Shown in pieces: positions 1 through 8,250 of a stretch of 17,742 nucleotides of DNA. Under the pieces are notes generated by a model. The model saw nothing but the letters and a program-made list of their open reading frames with translations, ran no database searches and was not told the origin of the DNA. The DNA is taken from assembly GCA_048881705.1 (NCBI GenBank), contig JBHLSH010000078.1, forward strand, positions 1 to 17,742, read 5' to 3'. This DNA comes from Candidatus Heimdallarchaeota archaeon. Its GTDB lineage: Archaea > Asgardarchaeota > Heimdallarchaeia > Hodarchaeales > Hodarchaeaceae. Numbering within the stretch: position 1 is the stretch's first letter; every line of letters starts with the position of its first letter. Made by a program: the position numbers and the translations under genes.

Positions 1-1
1 T

Positions 2-1969
2 GAACTTCAGGCTGAACCCTTTGGAACCGTCATAGTAACGGTAGCTTTGCTCTCTCTACTACTCTCGTTTTTCCTAGCGGTTCTACTATTTCATAAACTT
101 ATCTTTCAGCTCGGGGGATCGTTTTTCTTCGGTCTTGCCTTTTTTTGGTTAAATTTAACCCTAAATCCGGTTCTTGGAGGATCACTCGAAACCGAGATGG
201 GGCAGCTTATCGTTGGGGGGATAAGAGTTCCTATATATTATATTTTTATGGCAGGAACTCTTATAATTGGTCTACTTTTCATCTTGATCTTCCATGCTTT
301 ATCTAATAGGCAGGGAACCATTTTCATGATCATGAATTTTTCTTTTAGGAGCTTAAAAAGACAAAAGTTTCGCTCTACCGTTTTTATAGCCACTTTACTA
401 ATTATTACCTTCAGTTTTACCTTATTAATCTCTGTTGCTTATCAAGGAGAAGTTATCAGCAAAGGTATTGCAACGAAAACCTCTTATAACGGCATAGAAA
501 TAGGAAATATGCAGGAATCGATACTCGGTATCGATTTGGCTATACCACAATATCAAAGAATCTCTGAAGGTTTAACAATCCAGATTAATGCCAGTTTAGA
601 GATTTTTGGCCTTCGTAACTCAACACAGATTCTGCAACGGGATTTCCTGACGGGTGCTTTCTCTCAGAATAGCGACACATTTCAATCGTCCGAGATCACG
701 GTCACTACATCTCAAAACAACGTTTCTGTTGAGCTGAAGAATTATTTTGCCACGATCCCAAGTATCGAAGCCGATGTCTCCCATCTTGATACGGCTATTC
801 TCGCTGGTGAATGGTTGACCGATACTCGCAATATTTCTGACCTAGGGTATTCTGCAGCTGTTCTTCCTTCTGAGCTGGCTGAGGTTCTCCAAGTACAAAT
901 AAATGACTCCGTCACATTCCATTATTTCAGTAATGAAATTTGGACCAATGCCACATTATTAGTTCAAGGTATTTTGGATACAACACGCATGACTGAAATC
1001 ATAGATATTGATGGAAAACCGCTGACGCCCCCCAAATTTGAATTTAATAACCGAGGGATGGTTACCCACGAATACCTTTGCGAAGGAACTGAATTCATTC
1101 TTATTGATTTCCTTTGGTGGCGATACGCTCGCGCAGACTCATATTCTGATCAATTTGAATTCTCTCGGATTTCTAAACTGGGCCCGACGAAAATCGTTCT
1201 AAATACCACTAACCGTGAGATGGGCCTTGATTTAGCTGATCAATTGGAGGGGTACAGTATTTGGTTAGCTACTGGGGGAATAATCTTCAACCTCGAATTT
1301 TCGATCGTCCAAACAGTTGAAGGATTGGTTCCCCAACTTCTCCCTGCTCTATTGGCTATTCCGATCATTACACAGACGGTATTAAACTCATTATTGGAAA
1401 GAAAAAGGGAAATTCATCTTTACGGGACCATTGGGATGCCGGCACGAACCATCTTGGTTATGATCTTATTTGAGATCGCAACACTTGCATGCATTTCGGG
1501 GATCCTTGGATATATGAGTGCGATCACCGTTTTCCCCATTCTTGGCCAGTTTGGATTCGGAAAATACCTAACACAGAAAACAGGATCAATGTACATGCTG
1601 TTATCACTCATTCTGAGTATCGGGGTGAGTGGGTTCGCCACTCTTCCATTTTTGGTTAAGATCCTCAGGGAATTAAAACCAGCCAAACCCAAAACAGATG
1701 GCTATAAACCATTCGAAAATTTACTCATTTTTGATGAGGATATCCAACCTCTAATCCAGATGGCCCAAGGACTCGATCTTTATGGATATCTAGAACCAGG
1801 TGAGGAATTAAGTCTTTCATCAAATCAGCATGCGATCTGTACTTTTCGCTACTCACACCAAGAACAATTTTGGCCCTTGGTAAGCTTTGACCCAAAACAT
1901 GAGAATATATTACGAACTCTTGAACACCGAATTCACAGATGGAAACTTGATATGATCTTATCAGAGTAA
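2..1969 (+). CDS. FtsX/MacB-family ABC transporter permease-like membrane protein, 5'-truncated (frame open to the window edge)
   Basis: The frame of ORF 47..1969 has no stop back to position 2 (ELQAEPFGTVIVTVA-LLSLL). It shows an N-terminal TM cluster, the MacB-like amphipathic/TM start RSLKRQKFRSTVFIATLLIITF, a large soluble domain, and the FtsX-domain signature LLERKREIHLYGTIG...ILFEIATLACISGILGY followed by further TMs. Confidence 0.8.
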   Translation, partial: ELQAEPFGTVIVTVALLSLLLSFFLAVLLFHKLIFQLGGSFFFGLAFFWLNLTLNPVLGGSLETEMGQLIVGGIRVPIYYIFMAGTLIIGLLFILIFHALSNRQGTIFMIMNFSFRSLKRQKFRSTVFIATLLIITFSFTLLISVAYQGEVISKGIATKTSYNGIEIGNMQESILGIDLAIPQYQRISEGLTIQINASLEIFGLRNSTQILQRDFLTGAFSQNSDTFQSSEITVTTSQNNVSVELKNYFATIPSIEADVSHLDTAILAGEWLTDTRNISDLGYSAAVLPSELAEVLQVQINDSVTFHYFSNEIWTNATLLVQGILDTTRMTEIIDIDGKPLTPPKFEFNNRGMVTHEYLCEGTEFILIDFLWWRYARADSYSDQFEFSRISKLGPTKIVLNTTNREMGLDLADQLEGYSIWLATGGIIFNLEFSIVQTVEGLVPQLLPALLAIPIITQTVLNSLLERKREIHLYGTIGMPARTILVMILFEIATLACISGILGYMSAITVFPILGQFGFGKYLTQKTGSMYMLLSLILSIGVSGFATLPFLVKILRELKPAKPKTDGYKPFENLLIFDEDIQPLIQMAQGLDLYGYLEPGEELSLSSNQHAICTFRYSHQEQFWPLVSFDPKHENILRTLEHRIHRWKLDMILSE

Positions 1970-2010
1970 ATTCATTACTTCTGAGATCAGTCTCGCCAAT
2001 TGGAGCTCGT

Positions 2011-2544
2011 TTAGAAATCTTGATTCTTATAGTAGTAGGGTAACTTCTGGTATTTTTTTCTGGCTTTTGAGATGATATCCGAGGATTTTAGTGGTTTGGA
2101 TTGCAGTTTTTTCCATTCTGCAGCGGAGAGACAATAAGGTTCGAGAATCACGGCTTCGCCTGCCATGAGTTGGATAAAGGCTCTGTGGATTTCTAATTTG
2201 GTGATGCTTTGCTGAAATTCATAGATGTAACAACGCAGTTCCTGGAGGATGATATTTACGATGATTGGACGATGAAGTTCGCTAAAATCAAATCTTATCT
2301 TTCTAGAATGATCTCCTAGATGGAATTTTTTTTGATCAAACATCGCAAACCAAGTTAACTCAGTCCCACCTATTTGAACAGCTTGGAAAACGTAGTTTCT
2401 TCCCTGCCTCCAAGGCAAACTTCCACGAAAAAGGATCGTCGGAGGATCTGAATATGGGACAGCGGCGAGGTTTTGAAAAGCCCGATCCACCAAAGCACCT
2501 GACCAGTTTGTTCCTTCATTCGTTTCCTGGGAATAGAGAGTCAT
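2011..2544 (-). CDS. hypothetical protein (177 aa)
   Basis: ATG-initiated ORF filling the gap between flanking genes. Its ATG overlaps the HAD gene stop as ATGA (2541-2544), typical of translational coupling. No motif recognised. Confidence 0.7.
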   Translation of the reverse strand: MTLYSQETNEGTNWSGALVDRAFQNLAAVPYSDPPTILFRGSLPWRQGRNYVFQAVQIGGTELTWFAMFDQKKFHLGDHSRKIRFDFSELHRPIIVNIILQELRCYIYEFQQSITKLEIHRAFIQLMAGEAVILEPYCLSAAEWKKLQSKPLKSSDIISKARKKYQKLPYYYKNQDF

Positions 2545-3335
2545 GATTCCACATCACGGTTGGTTCTTCGGGCAGTTATTGCTTGAAAAAGATCATCTCC
2601 AACAGATGAAACAACAGCCAAAGGAGTATATCCAATTGAAGGAAAATAATTTGAAAAAACGCCTGTTTTGACTAAAATAATTGAAATCTCGGCTTCTTTT
2701 GCGGCTAATAAATCTACGAGCGTATCTCCGACAAAAACCGCTTCCTCTTTGGTAACTCCCAGTTTTTTTATTGCAATCTGGAGTGGGATTGGGGATGGTT
2801 TCCTCGCACCAATACTCTTAGAATCAACTAAAACATCAAAAAGAGAAAGATATGGGGCAAAGCGCTTTCGTAATAGATACGGAGATCCATTTGTAACAAT
2901 TCCTAGCAAGTAACCGCGTTTTTTCAGCTTTTGAAGAGTTTGGGGAACATTAGGAAAAACATGTAGATCTTTATCCCATTGATAGAATTGCCAAACAGCA
3001 CGCATCATACCACGTAAAAAATTATACCATGAGAGGCTGAAGTCTTCACGAATCGCACGGAAAAGGTTCATTTTGAACCAACTGTGCCTCCTCCCTGAAT
3101 TGTAGAACTTGCCTAACCGTTTAAGATAATTCCGAATCTGAATTGCATTAGGCTTACTTACGGGGAAGAATTCCTGTACAATAAGTTGAGGAAAGATCCT
3201 GATTGAGTTAACCAAGGTACCATCAAGGTCAAAAAGAACTGCTTTCGTTGGAGCTCTGATCGCCGTACTTAAACCTCCCCATGATAAGGTTGGTTCAACT
3301 GCCAGGAATTCATTAGCATTCAGTGATTCTATCAT
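2541..3335 (-). CDS. HAD-superfamily hydrolase (phosphoglycolate phosphatase/Gph-like, subfamily IA)
   Basis: Motif I FDLDGTL, motif II IVTNG, motif III KP (RKPSP), motif IV VFVGDTLVDLLAA. The ORF track starts at TTG 3362; ATG 3335 is preferred because of the BRE/TATA-like element at 3369-3385. Confidence 0.9.
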   Translation of the reverse strand: MIESLNANEFLAVEPTLSWGGLSTAIRAPTKAVLFDLDGTLVNSIRIFPQLIVQEFFPVSKPNAIQIRNYLKRLGKFYNSGRRHSWFKMNLFRAIREDFSLSWYNFLRGMMRAVWQFYQWDKDLHVFPNVPQTLQKLKKRGYLLGIVTNGSPYLLRKRFAPYLSLFDVLVDSKSIGARKPSPIPLQIAIKKLGVTKEEAVFVGDTLVDLLAAKEAEISIILVKTGVFSNYFPSIGYTPLAVVSSVGDDLFQAITARRTNRDVES

Positions 3336-3368
3336 CGATTGAAGTCCATTCCGCGTATTCAAGAGGGC

Positions 3369-3385
3369 TTTAATTAAAATTTTCC
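3369..3385 (-). promoter_or_regulatory. putative archaeal BRE/TATA promoter of the HAD operon; the TATA-like core TTTAATTAAA (3369-3378) is a perfect palindrome and could be bidirectional
   Basis: The minus strand reads AGGAAAATTTTAATTAAAG, ending about 33 nt before ATG 3335: a purine-rich BRE-like stretch followed by an AT-rich TATA-like box. Confidence 0.45.
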
Positions 3386-3866
3386 TAAGATGGTTCTAAT
3401 CCACGTAAAGGATTGTAATCCCATTATGCCATCCCCTCATATTGATATTCTCAATCATGCTTATCTAGACTTGTGCAAGAAAATTGGGATTACCACAGTT
3501 TCGAAGATGAACCCATTCAGGGCCCTAGTTAATAAAAAATCTCAAAAAATCGTTCCCAAGGGAGCATTTATCCCTCGTTCGGCAACTCATGACAGGCTAG
3601 GCTGTTAAACAGACGAATAAATGCATTTCGACTTTGATAACGTTAAACTTTATTCATCGGATCTGATGAAATGGATTCAGTATACCATCGGTGTCCCTTA
3701 CGAGCTATTTCCAGCGAACAACATCGGAGAATTAGCTTTGGTCGTGACCCGAAGATACTTAAAAGGCAGCAGCTACTGTGTCTCAGATTTCATCGATCCC
3801 CGCCCTATATGATTTGGCTCGCCTCGCTCCGTCGTACCTAACAAAAGTTCCAAATGGGTGGAAAAA

Positions 3867-5045
3867 TTGCCAACAAACCTAAATCGAGAAGCCCAGGTAG
3901 AGTGGGATAAGTATTTGCAGGCCTCAGGTACCGAAGAACAGATTATGCATTTGGAACGTTTTTTAGGCGTGGTAGTCAAGCACAAGGGAGTGGAAAACCA
4001 TCTTAGAATGGTTAAACAAAAATTAAAACGTTTGAAGGCTCAACAGGAAAAATTACGACAGTCTAAGAAAGGATCCGGCGAGAAATGGCTAATACCGAAG
4101 GGGGAAGACGCCCAGGTTGCGATCATTGGTACTGTGAATTCTGGAAAGTCATCTTTTCTTAATAATCTTGCACAGGCGGAGGCTACCAAGGTCGGAGCCT
4201 ATCCTTTTACCACGGTTAAGCCAGCTGTGGGATCAATTACAGCAAAGGGCGCCCGTATACAACTTGTTGAGTTACCTGCTGTTGTAAAAGGAAGTTCGCA
4301 GGGAGAAATGTCAGGTAAGTTAGTTCTTGCAGGAATTAGGAACGCGGACTGTCTTTTAATATCCATAGATCTATCACAAGATCCAATCCAACAGTTAAAG
4401 CTAGTTCTTAATGAACTGGATAAAGGGAAAATTCGTATAAACGTTAATAGGCCTGCTGTTACAATTGAAAAAGTAGGTTCTGGGAATATACAGGTTTTCA
4501 ATAGCCACTTTTTCGCGGGAAAAGGAAAAGAAGCTGTTATTGAAATCATGAGAGCGAATGGCTTTCTTAATGCTATTGTACGTTTTCATGGTCCAACATC
4601 ACTTAACGAATTTCTTGATGCTCTGGATAGGAGCATTACCTATCTGCCGGGAATAATTATCGCTACAAAAGGCGATCTAGAAGGGTCAAAACAGAATTTT
4701 ACTAGCCTAGCTAATTATCTAAAAGAAAAAAGTTTGTCCTTCGAAATTGTTCCTGTCTCAACGTACCCACAAGAGGGATTCGAGGGATTAGAGGAAAAAA
4801 TCTTTGGTTCATTGGGAAAGATCCGTATCTATACGCGTGACACCAATGGCGAGATAGCTGAACGCCCCATCATCTTAAACAAACGTCAGGCGACTGTCCA
4901 AAATGCAATTGAAGTCCTTTCAAAAAAGATGCTCAAGCATTTTCGTTTCGCGCGAATATGGGGATCTTCGGCTTCTTTTGATGGAGAAAAGGTTGGTTTG
5001 GATCGTAATTTGTCCGATGGAGATGTGATCCAGGTATTTACCTAG
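3867..5045 (+). CDS. DRG/Rbg1-like OBG-family GTPase with C-terminal TGS domain (archaeal type)
   Basis: N-terminus (M)PTNLNREAQVEW...KHKGVENHL resembles archaeal DRG-type proteins. G1 GTVNSGKSS, G2 YPFTT, variant G3 ELPA, G4 TKGD, and TGS domain IRIYTR...FARIWGSSASFDGEKVGLDRNLSDGDVIQVF. The start was moved from GTG 3858 to TTG 3867, which has GGGTGG 5 nt upstream as a ribosome-binding site. Confidence 0.92.
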   Translation: MPTNLNREAQVEWDKYLQASGTEEQIMHLERFLGVVVKHKGVENHLRMVKQKLKRLKAQQEKLRQSKKGSGEKWLIPKGEDAQVAIIGTVNSGKSSFLNNLAQAEATKVGAYPFTTVKPAVGSITAKGARIQLVELPAVVKGSSQGEMSGKLVLAGIRNADCLLISIDLSQDPIQQLKLVLNELDKGKIRINVNRPAVTIEKVGSGNIQVFNSHFFAGKGKEAVIEIMRANGFLNAIVRFHGPTSLNEFLDALDRSITYLPGIIIATKGDLEGSKQNFTSLANYLKEKSLSFEIVPVSTYPQEGFEGLEEKIFGSLGKIRIYTRDTNGEIAERPIILNKRQATVQNAIEVLSKKMLKHFRFARIWGSSASFDGEKVGLDRNLSDGDVIQVFT

Positions 5046-5304
5046 GCAGGACAAGATTGACTCGGGTTAGGTTCGATTTCTTTGGTTCGGCTATCAGCAG
5101 CTTTTTAAAAATAAGCAAAACGATTTGAAGGTAAATTAAACTCAATAAGAAACCTCTACCATTCTCCTTGGATAAAATAGGCCTTGGACGATTGATCTTG
5201 ACCTTAAAGACGGCATTATTTCCCATTACTGAAGTTTGTGAAAATCAGTTTAATTCATCGCGAAATTGATGGTTCAGCAGACTTGTGAGTCCGTGTGATG
5301 ATCT

Positions 5305-8097
5305 ATGAGTACCCAGTGGCACGCTGAAGATCTTCAGTCCTTAATCAGCAAATTATCAACGAATCCTGAACTTGGACTTACCGAAAGTGAAGCACACCGA
5401 CGACTCGATAAATATGGGGCCAATGAACTTGAAAAAACGAAAAAGAAACACCCTATGTTCCTTTTTTTAGAACAATTCACAGATCCTTTGGTGATTATCC
5501 TCTTATTGGCACTACTGATTTCAATTATAATAGGTGCACTCTCGACAAATCCAATAGAACAGATCGAATATGCGATTGATGCATTAGCCATATCAACTAT
5601 TGTCCTGTTTAACGCTTTATTCGGGTTTATACAAGAATATAAAGCGGAAAGGGCCATTGAAGCACTTAAATTAATGGCAGCGCCCACAACAACCGTCATC
5701 AGAGATGGAACGAAACTACGAATCGATGCTAATACTCTTGTACCTGGAGATGTAATAGTTATAGAAGAAGGGGATAAAATTCCTGCGGATTCACGGCTAA
5801 TTCAAGCCCATTCTTTGCGAGTTGATGAGTCAGCACTAACTGGGGAATCTTACCCAGTCGTGAAAAAAGTTGGATCCAACATAAATCCCCAGACCCCTGT
5901 TGCTGAGCGTTGGAATTGCGTATTTTCGGGTACCAATATTACACGAGGACGAGCTCATGCTATCGTCACGCAAACAGGAATGCGTACAGAGTTCGGTCGA
6001 ATCGCGCTTGGCCTACTCGTAACCCAGGAGGAGGAAACGCCCCTACAGCTGAGAATGGAAGAACTAGGAAAGTGGATTGGGATTGGGAGTCTGACAATTT
6101 GTTTTATAATATTTATTTTCGGTATACTCTTGAATCAAGAGGTTATCGAAATGTTTATTGTAGCTGTTGGACTTGCTGTCGCAGCTGTCCCTGAAGGTCT
6201 CCCTGCCGTTGTAACATTAGCATTAGCTCTCGGAGTTCAAAGAATGAGTAAAAAAAATGCCATTATTCGTCGTTTACCTTCTGTTGAAACTCTTGGATCT
6301 ACAACAGTTATCTGTTCAGACAAAACTGGTACTCTAACAAAAAACGAGATGACAGCACGCAGAATTCTTACAGTCGAGGATGAATATGATATTTCAGATT
6401 CTTTGGTTCTTGATGATTCGATAAAAAAAATCCTATCAATTGGTGTTGAGTGTAATAATGCACAGCTGGCGAATCTAGGCCAAAAATCCGTTAGGGTCTC
6501 AAGTCCTTCCACATCAGAGATCCGGATAAATACGGACATTGGTGATCCTACTGAGCTTGCTCTTCTTAAGCTTGGAGCCTCTTATGAGGTTTATCCACAG
6601 TTCGAGCGGCTTTACGAGATACCTTTCGATTCAACCTCAAAACGCATGAGTGTAGTGGTAAAAAATGACAACAATGAGTTTTTGGTTTTTACAAAGGGCG
6701 CTCCCGAGATCCTCATTAATCTATGTGAATACTATCTTTTTGGTGGGGAGATCAAAACATTAAACGACACCGTGCGTAAGCATCTAGAAGAAAAAGAACA
6801 ACAAAATGCTATAAAAGGATATAGAATGTTAGGTATGGCATATAAGACACTGGAACCAGATGTAGCCGAGCGCGAAATATTGTCAGAAGATACAGAAGAG
6901 ATTGAATCGAGATTGATCTATGTGGGATCAGTTGCCATTATGGATCCTCCACGTGAAGGAACTAAAGAGGCTATTGACACCTGTAAAATCGCAGGTATTC
7001 GGCCGTTAATGATTACAGGGGATCATCTTAAAACAGCGCTTGCCATAGCAATAGAAATCGGTTTGGTAGAATCACAAGGCTCTGCAAAATATATAGAAGG
7101 AGCTCAACTGGCGGAAATGAGCGATGACCAGCTTTCAAAATCGGTCTTGGATATTAACGTATTTGCTCGGGTCTCACCTGAACACAAACTCAAATTAATA
7201 TCTGCGTTAAAATCAAACAACCAAGTCGTGGCCATGACAGGAGATGGCGTTAATGATGCTCCAGCGTTAAAAAGAGCTGATATTGGAGTAGCAATGGGAA
7301 TATCTGGGACAGATGTATCGAAAGAGGCATCTGATATGGTTTTGGCGGATGATGATTTTTCAACCATAGTTCGGGCGATCCGAGAGGGCCGAACGATTTA
7401 TGACAATATGCGGAAGTTCATTCTATACCTTCTGTCATGTAATGCAGGCGAAATTGCGGTAATGTTCTTTGGCATGTTGTTGACAACCATAATATTTGGA
7501 GAGCCAGCGCTTCCGTTGCTGGCTATCCAGATCCTCTGGGTAAATCTGGTAACAGATGGTTTACCAGCTTTGGCAATGGGGGTTGATCCCCCTGACTCTG
7601 ATATAATGATACGACAACCTCGAGACCCTAAAGAATCGATTTTGACTCGAAAATCCATCTATTTCATCCTATATTCGGGAATCGCGATAGGTTTAGGCAC
7701 TCTTTTCATTTTCTTTTTGTATTTAACGCCAAATTTAGCATCTGGCCAGGCACCTGATACTCATGCTCTTCTTAGGTCCCGAACTGCCGCATTTACCCTA
7801 CTTATCATGTTCCAGATGGTAATGGCATTGCAAATCCGAAAGGAAGAACATTCGTTATTTGGCCGCGAGTTAATTCGAAATCCTTACCTATTATTGGCGG
7901 TTTTTAGTTCGATCGGACTTCATCTAATAATCATGTATCTTCCTATTCTTCAACCTATATTCGAAACCACGAGCCTTGGGATCGGTGATTGGGTAATAGT
8001 GATCTCCATCGCAAGTCTACTTATTGTTACTGATGAAATCCGTATTTTCCTCGCAAAAAGGGTCCCCAGGTTTAAGAACCTTGGGGGATATTGGTGA
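5305..8097 (+). CDS. P-type ATPase, type IIA (SERCA-like Ca2+-transporting ATPase)
   Basis: TGES actuator motif, TM4 VAAVPEGLP, phosphorylation site DKTGTLT (6319 onward), KGAPE, DPPR, MITGD and GDGVNDAPALK. TM5 NAGE and TM6 NLVTD match the P2A Ca2+ ligand pattern. Confidence 0.95.
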   Translation: MSTQWHAEDLQSLISKLSTNPELGLTESEAHRRLDKYGANELEKTKKKHPMFLFLEQFTDPLVIILLLALLISIIIGALSTNPIEQIEYAIDALAISTIVLFNALFGFIQEYKAERAIEALKLMAAPTTTVIRDGTKLRIDANTLVPGDVIVIEEGDKIPADSRLIQAHSLRVDESALTGESYPVVKKVGSNINPQTPVAERWNCVFSGTNITRGRAHAIVTQTGMRTEFGRIALGLLVTQEEETPLQLRMEELGKWIGIGSLTICFIIFIFGILLNQEVIEMFIVAVGLAVAAVPEGLPAVVTLALALGVQRMSKKNAIIRRLPSVETLGSTTVICSDKTGTLTKNEMTARRILTVEDEYDISDSLVLDDSIKKILSIGVECNNAQLANLGQKSVRVSSPSTSEIRINTDIGDPTELALLKLGASYEVYPQFERLYEIPFDSTSKRMSVVVKNDNNEFLVFTKGAPEILINLCEYYLFGGEIKTLNDTVRKHLEEKEQQNAIKGYRMLGMAYKTLEPDVAEREILSEDTEEIESRLIYVGSVAIMDPPREGTKEAIDTCKIAGIRPLMITGDHLKTALAIAIEIGLVESQGSAKYIEGAQLAEMSDDQLSKSVLDINVFARVSPEHKLKLISALKSNNQVVAMTGDGVNDAPALKRADIGVAMGISGTDVSKEASDMVLADDDFSTIVRAIREGRTIYDNMRKFILYLLSCNAGEIAVMFFGMLLTTIIFGEPALPLLAIQILWVNLVTDGLPALAMGVDPPDSDIMIRQPRDPKESILTRKSIYFILYSGIAIGLGTLFIFFLYLTPNLASGQAPDTHALLRSRTAAFTLLIMFQMVMALQIRKEEHSLFGRELIRNPYLLLAVFSSIGLHLIIMYLPILQPIFETTSLGIGDWVIVISIASLLIVTDEIRIFLAKRVPRFKNLGGYW

Positions 8098-8250
8098 GCA
8101 TCCACCTATATCCGATTGATATTTCACTGGAACCGAAGGCATAACAATTTAAGGGGAAGAGTTTTTAGTTCAGGACATGCATATATAAATCACGGCAGTC
8201 TCGTTTTTGGAAATCAGAGGGTGAAAGCATCGGATCAAAAAGAATTTAGA

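Noticed and set aside
1420-1692. 90-aa minus-strand ORF
   Set aside because: Lies wholly antisense to the permease FtsX domain and has no motif; shadow ORF.
2668-2913. 81-aa plus-strand ORF
   Set aside because: Antisense shadow of the HAD hydrolase.
3593-3835. SRP RNA, RNase P RNA or fluoride riboswitch in the HAD-DRG gap
   Set aside because: GGCTAGGCTG resembles an archaeal SRP 5' end, but the helix-8 motif and GC-rich pairing are missing. No RNase P or crcB consensus was found.
3773-4589. Minus-strand ORFs 3773..3985 (Cys-rich, CIIC...C), 4199..4549 and 4401..4589
   Set aside because: They overlap the DRG GTPase antisense. The Cys spacing does not form a convincing zinc finger.
5038-5226. 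62-aa minus-strand ORF with one hydrophobic stretch between DRG and the Ca2+-ATPase
   Set aside because: Short, overlaps the DRG stop, lies in AT-rich sequence and has no recognisable homology. It cannot be excluded but is unsupported.
5334-7658. Several ORFs of 86-121 aa inside the P-type ATPase
   Set aside because: Antisense or alternate-frame shadows of a strongly supported gene.
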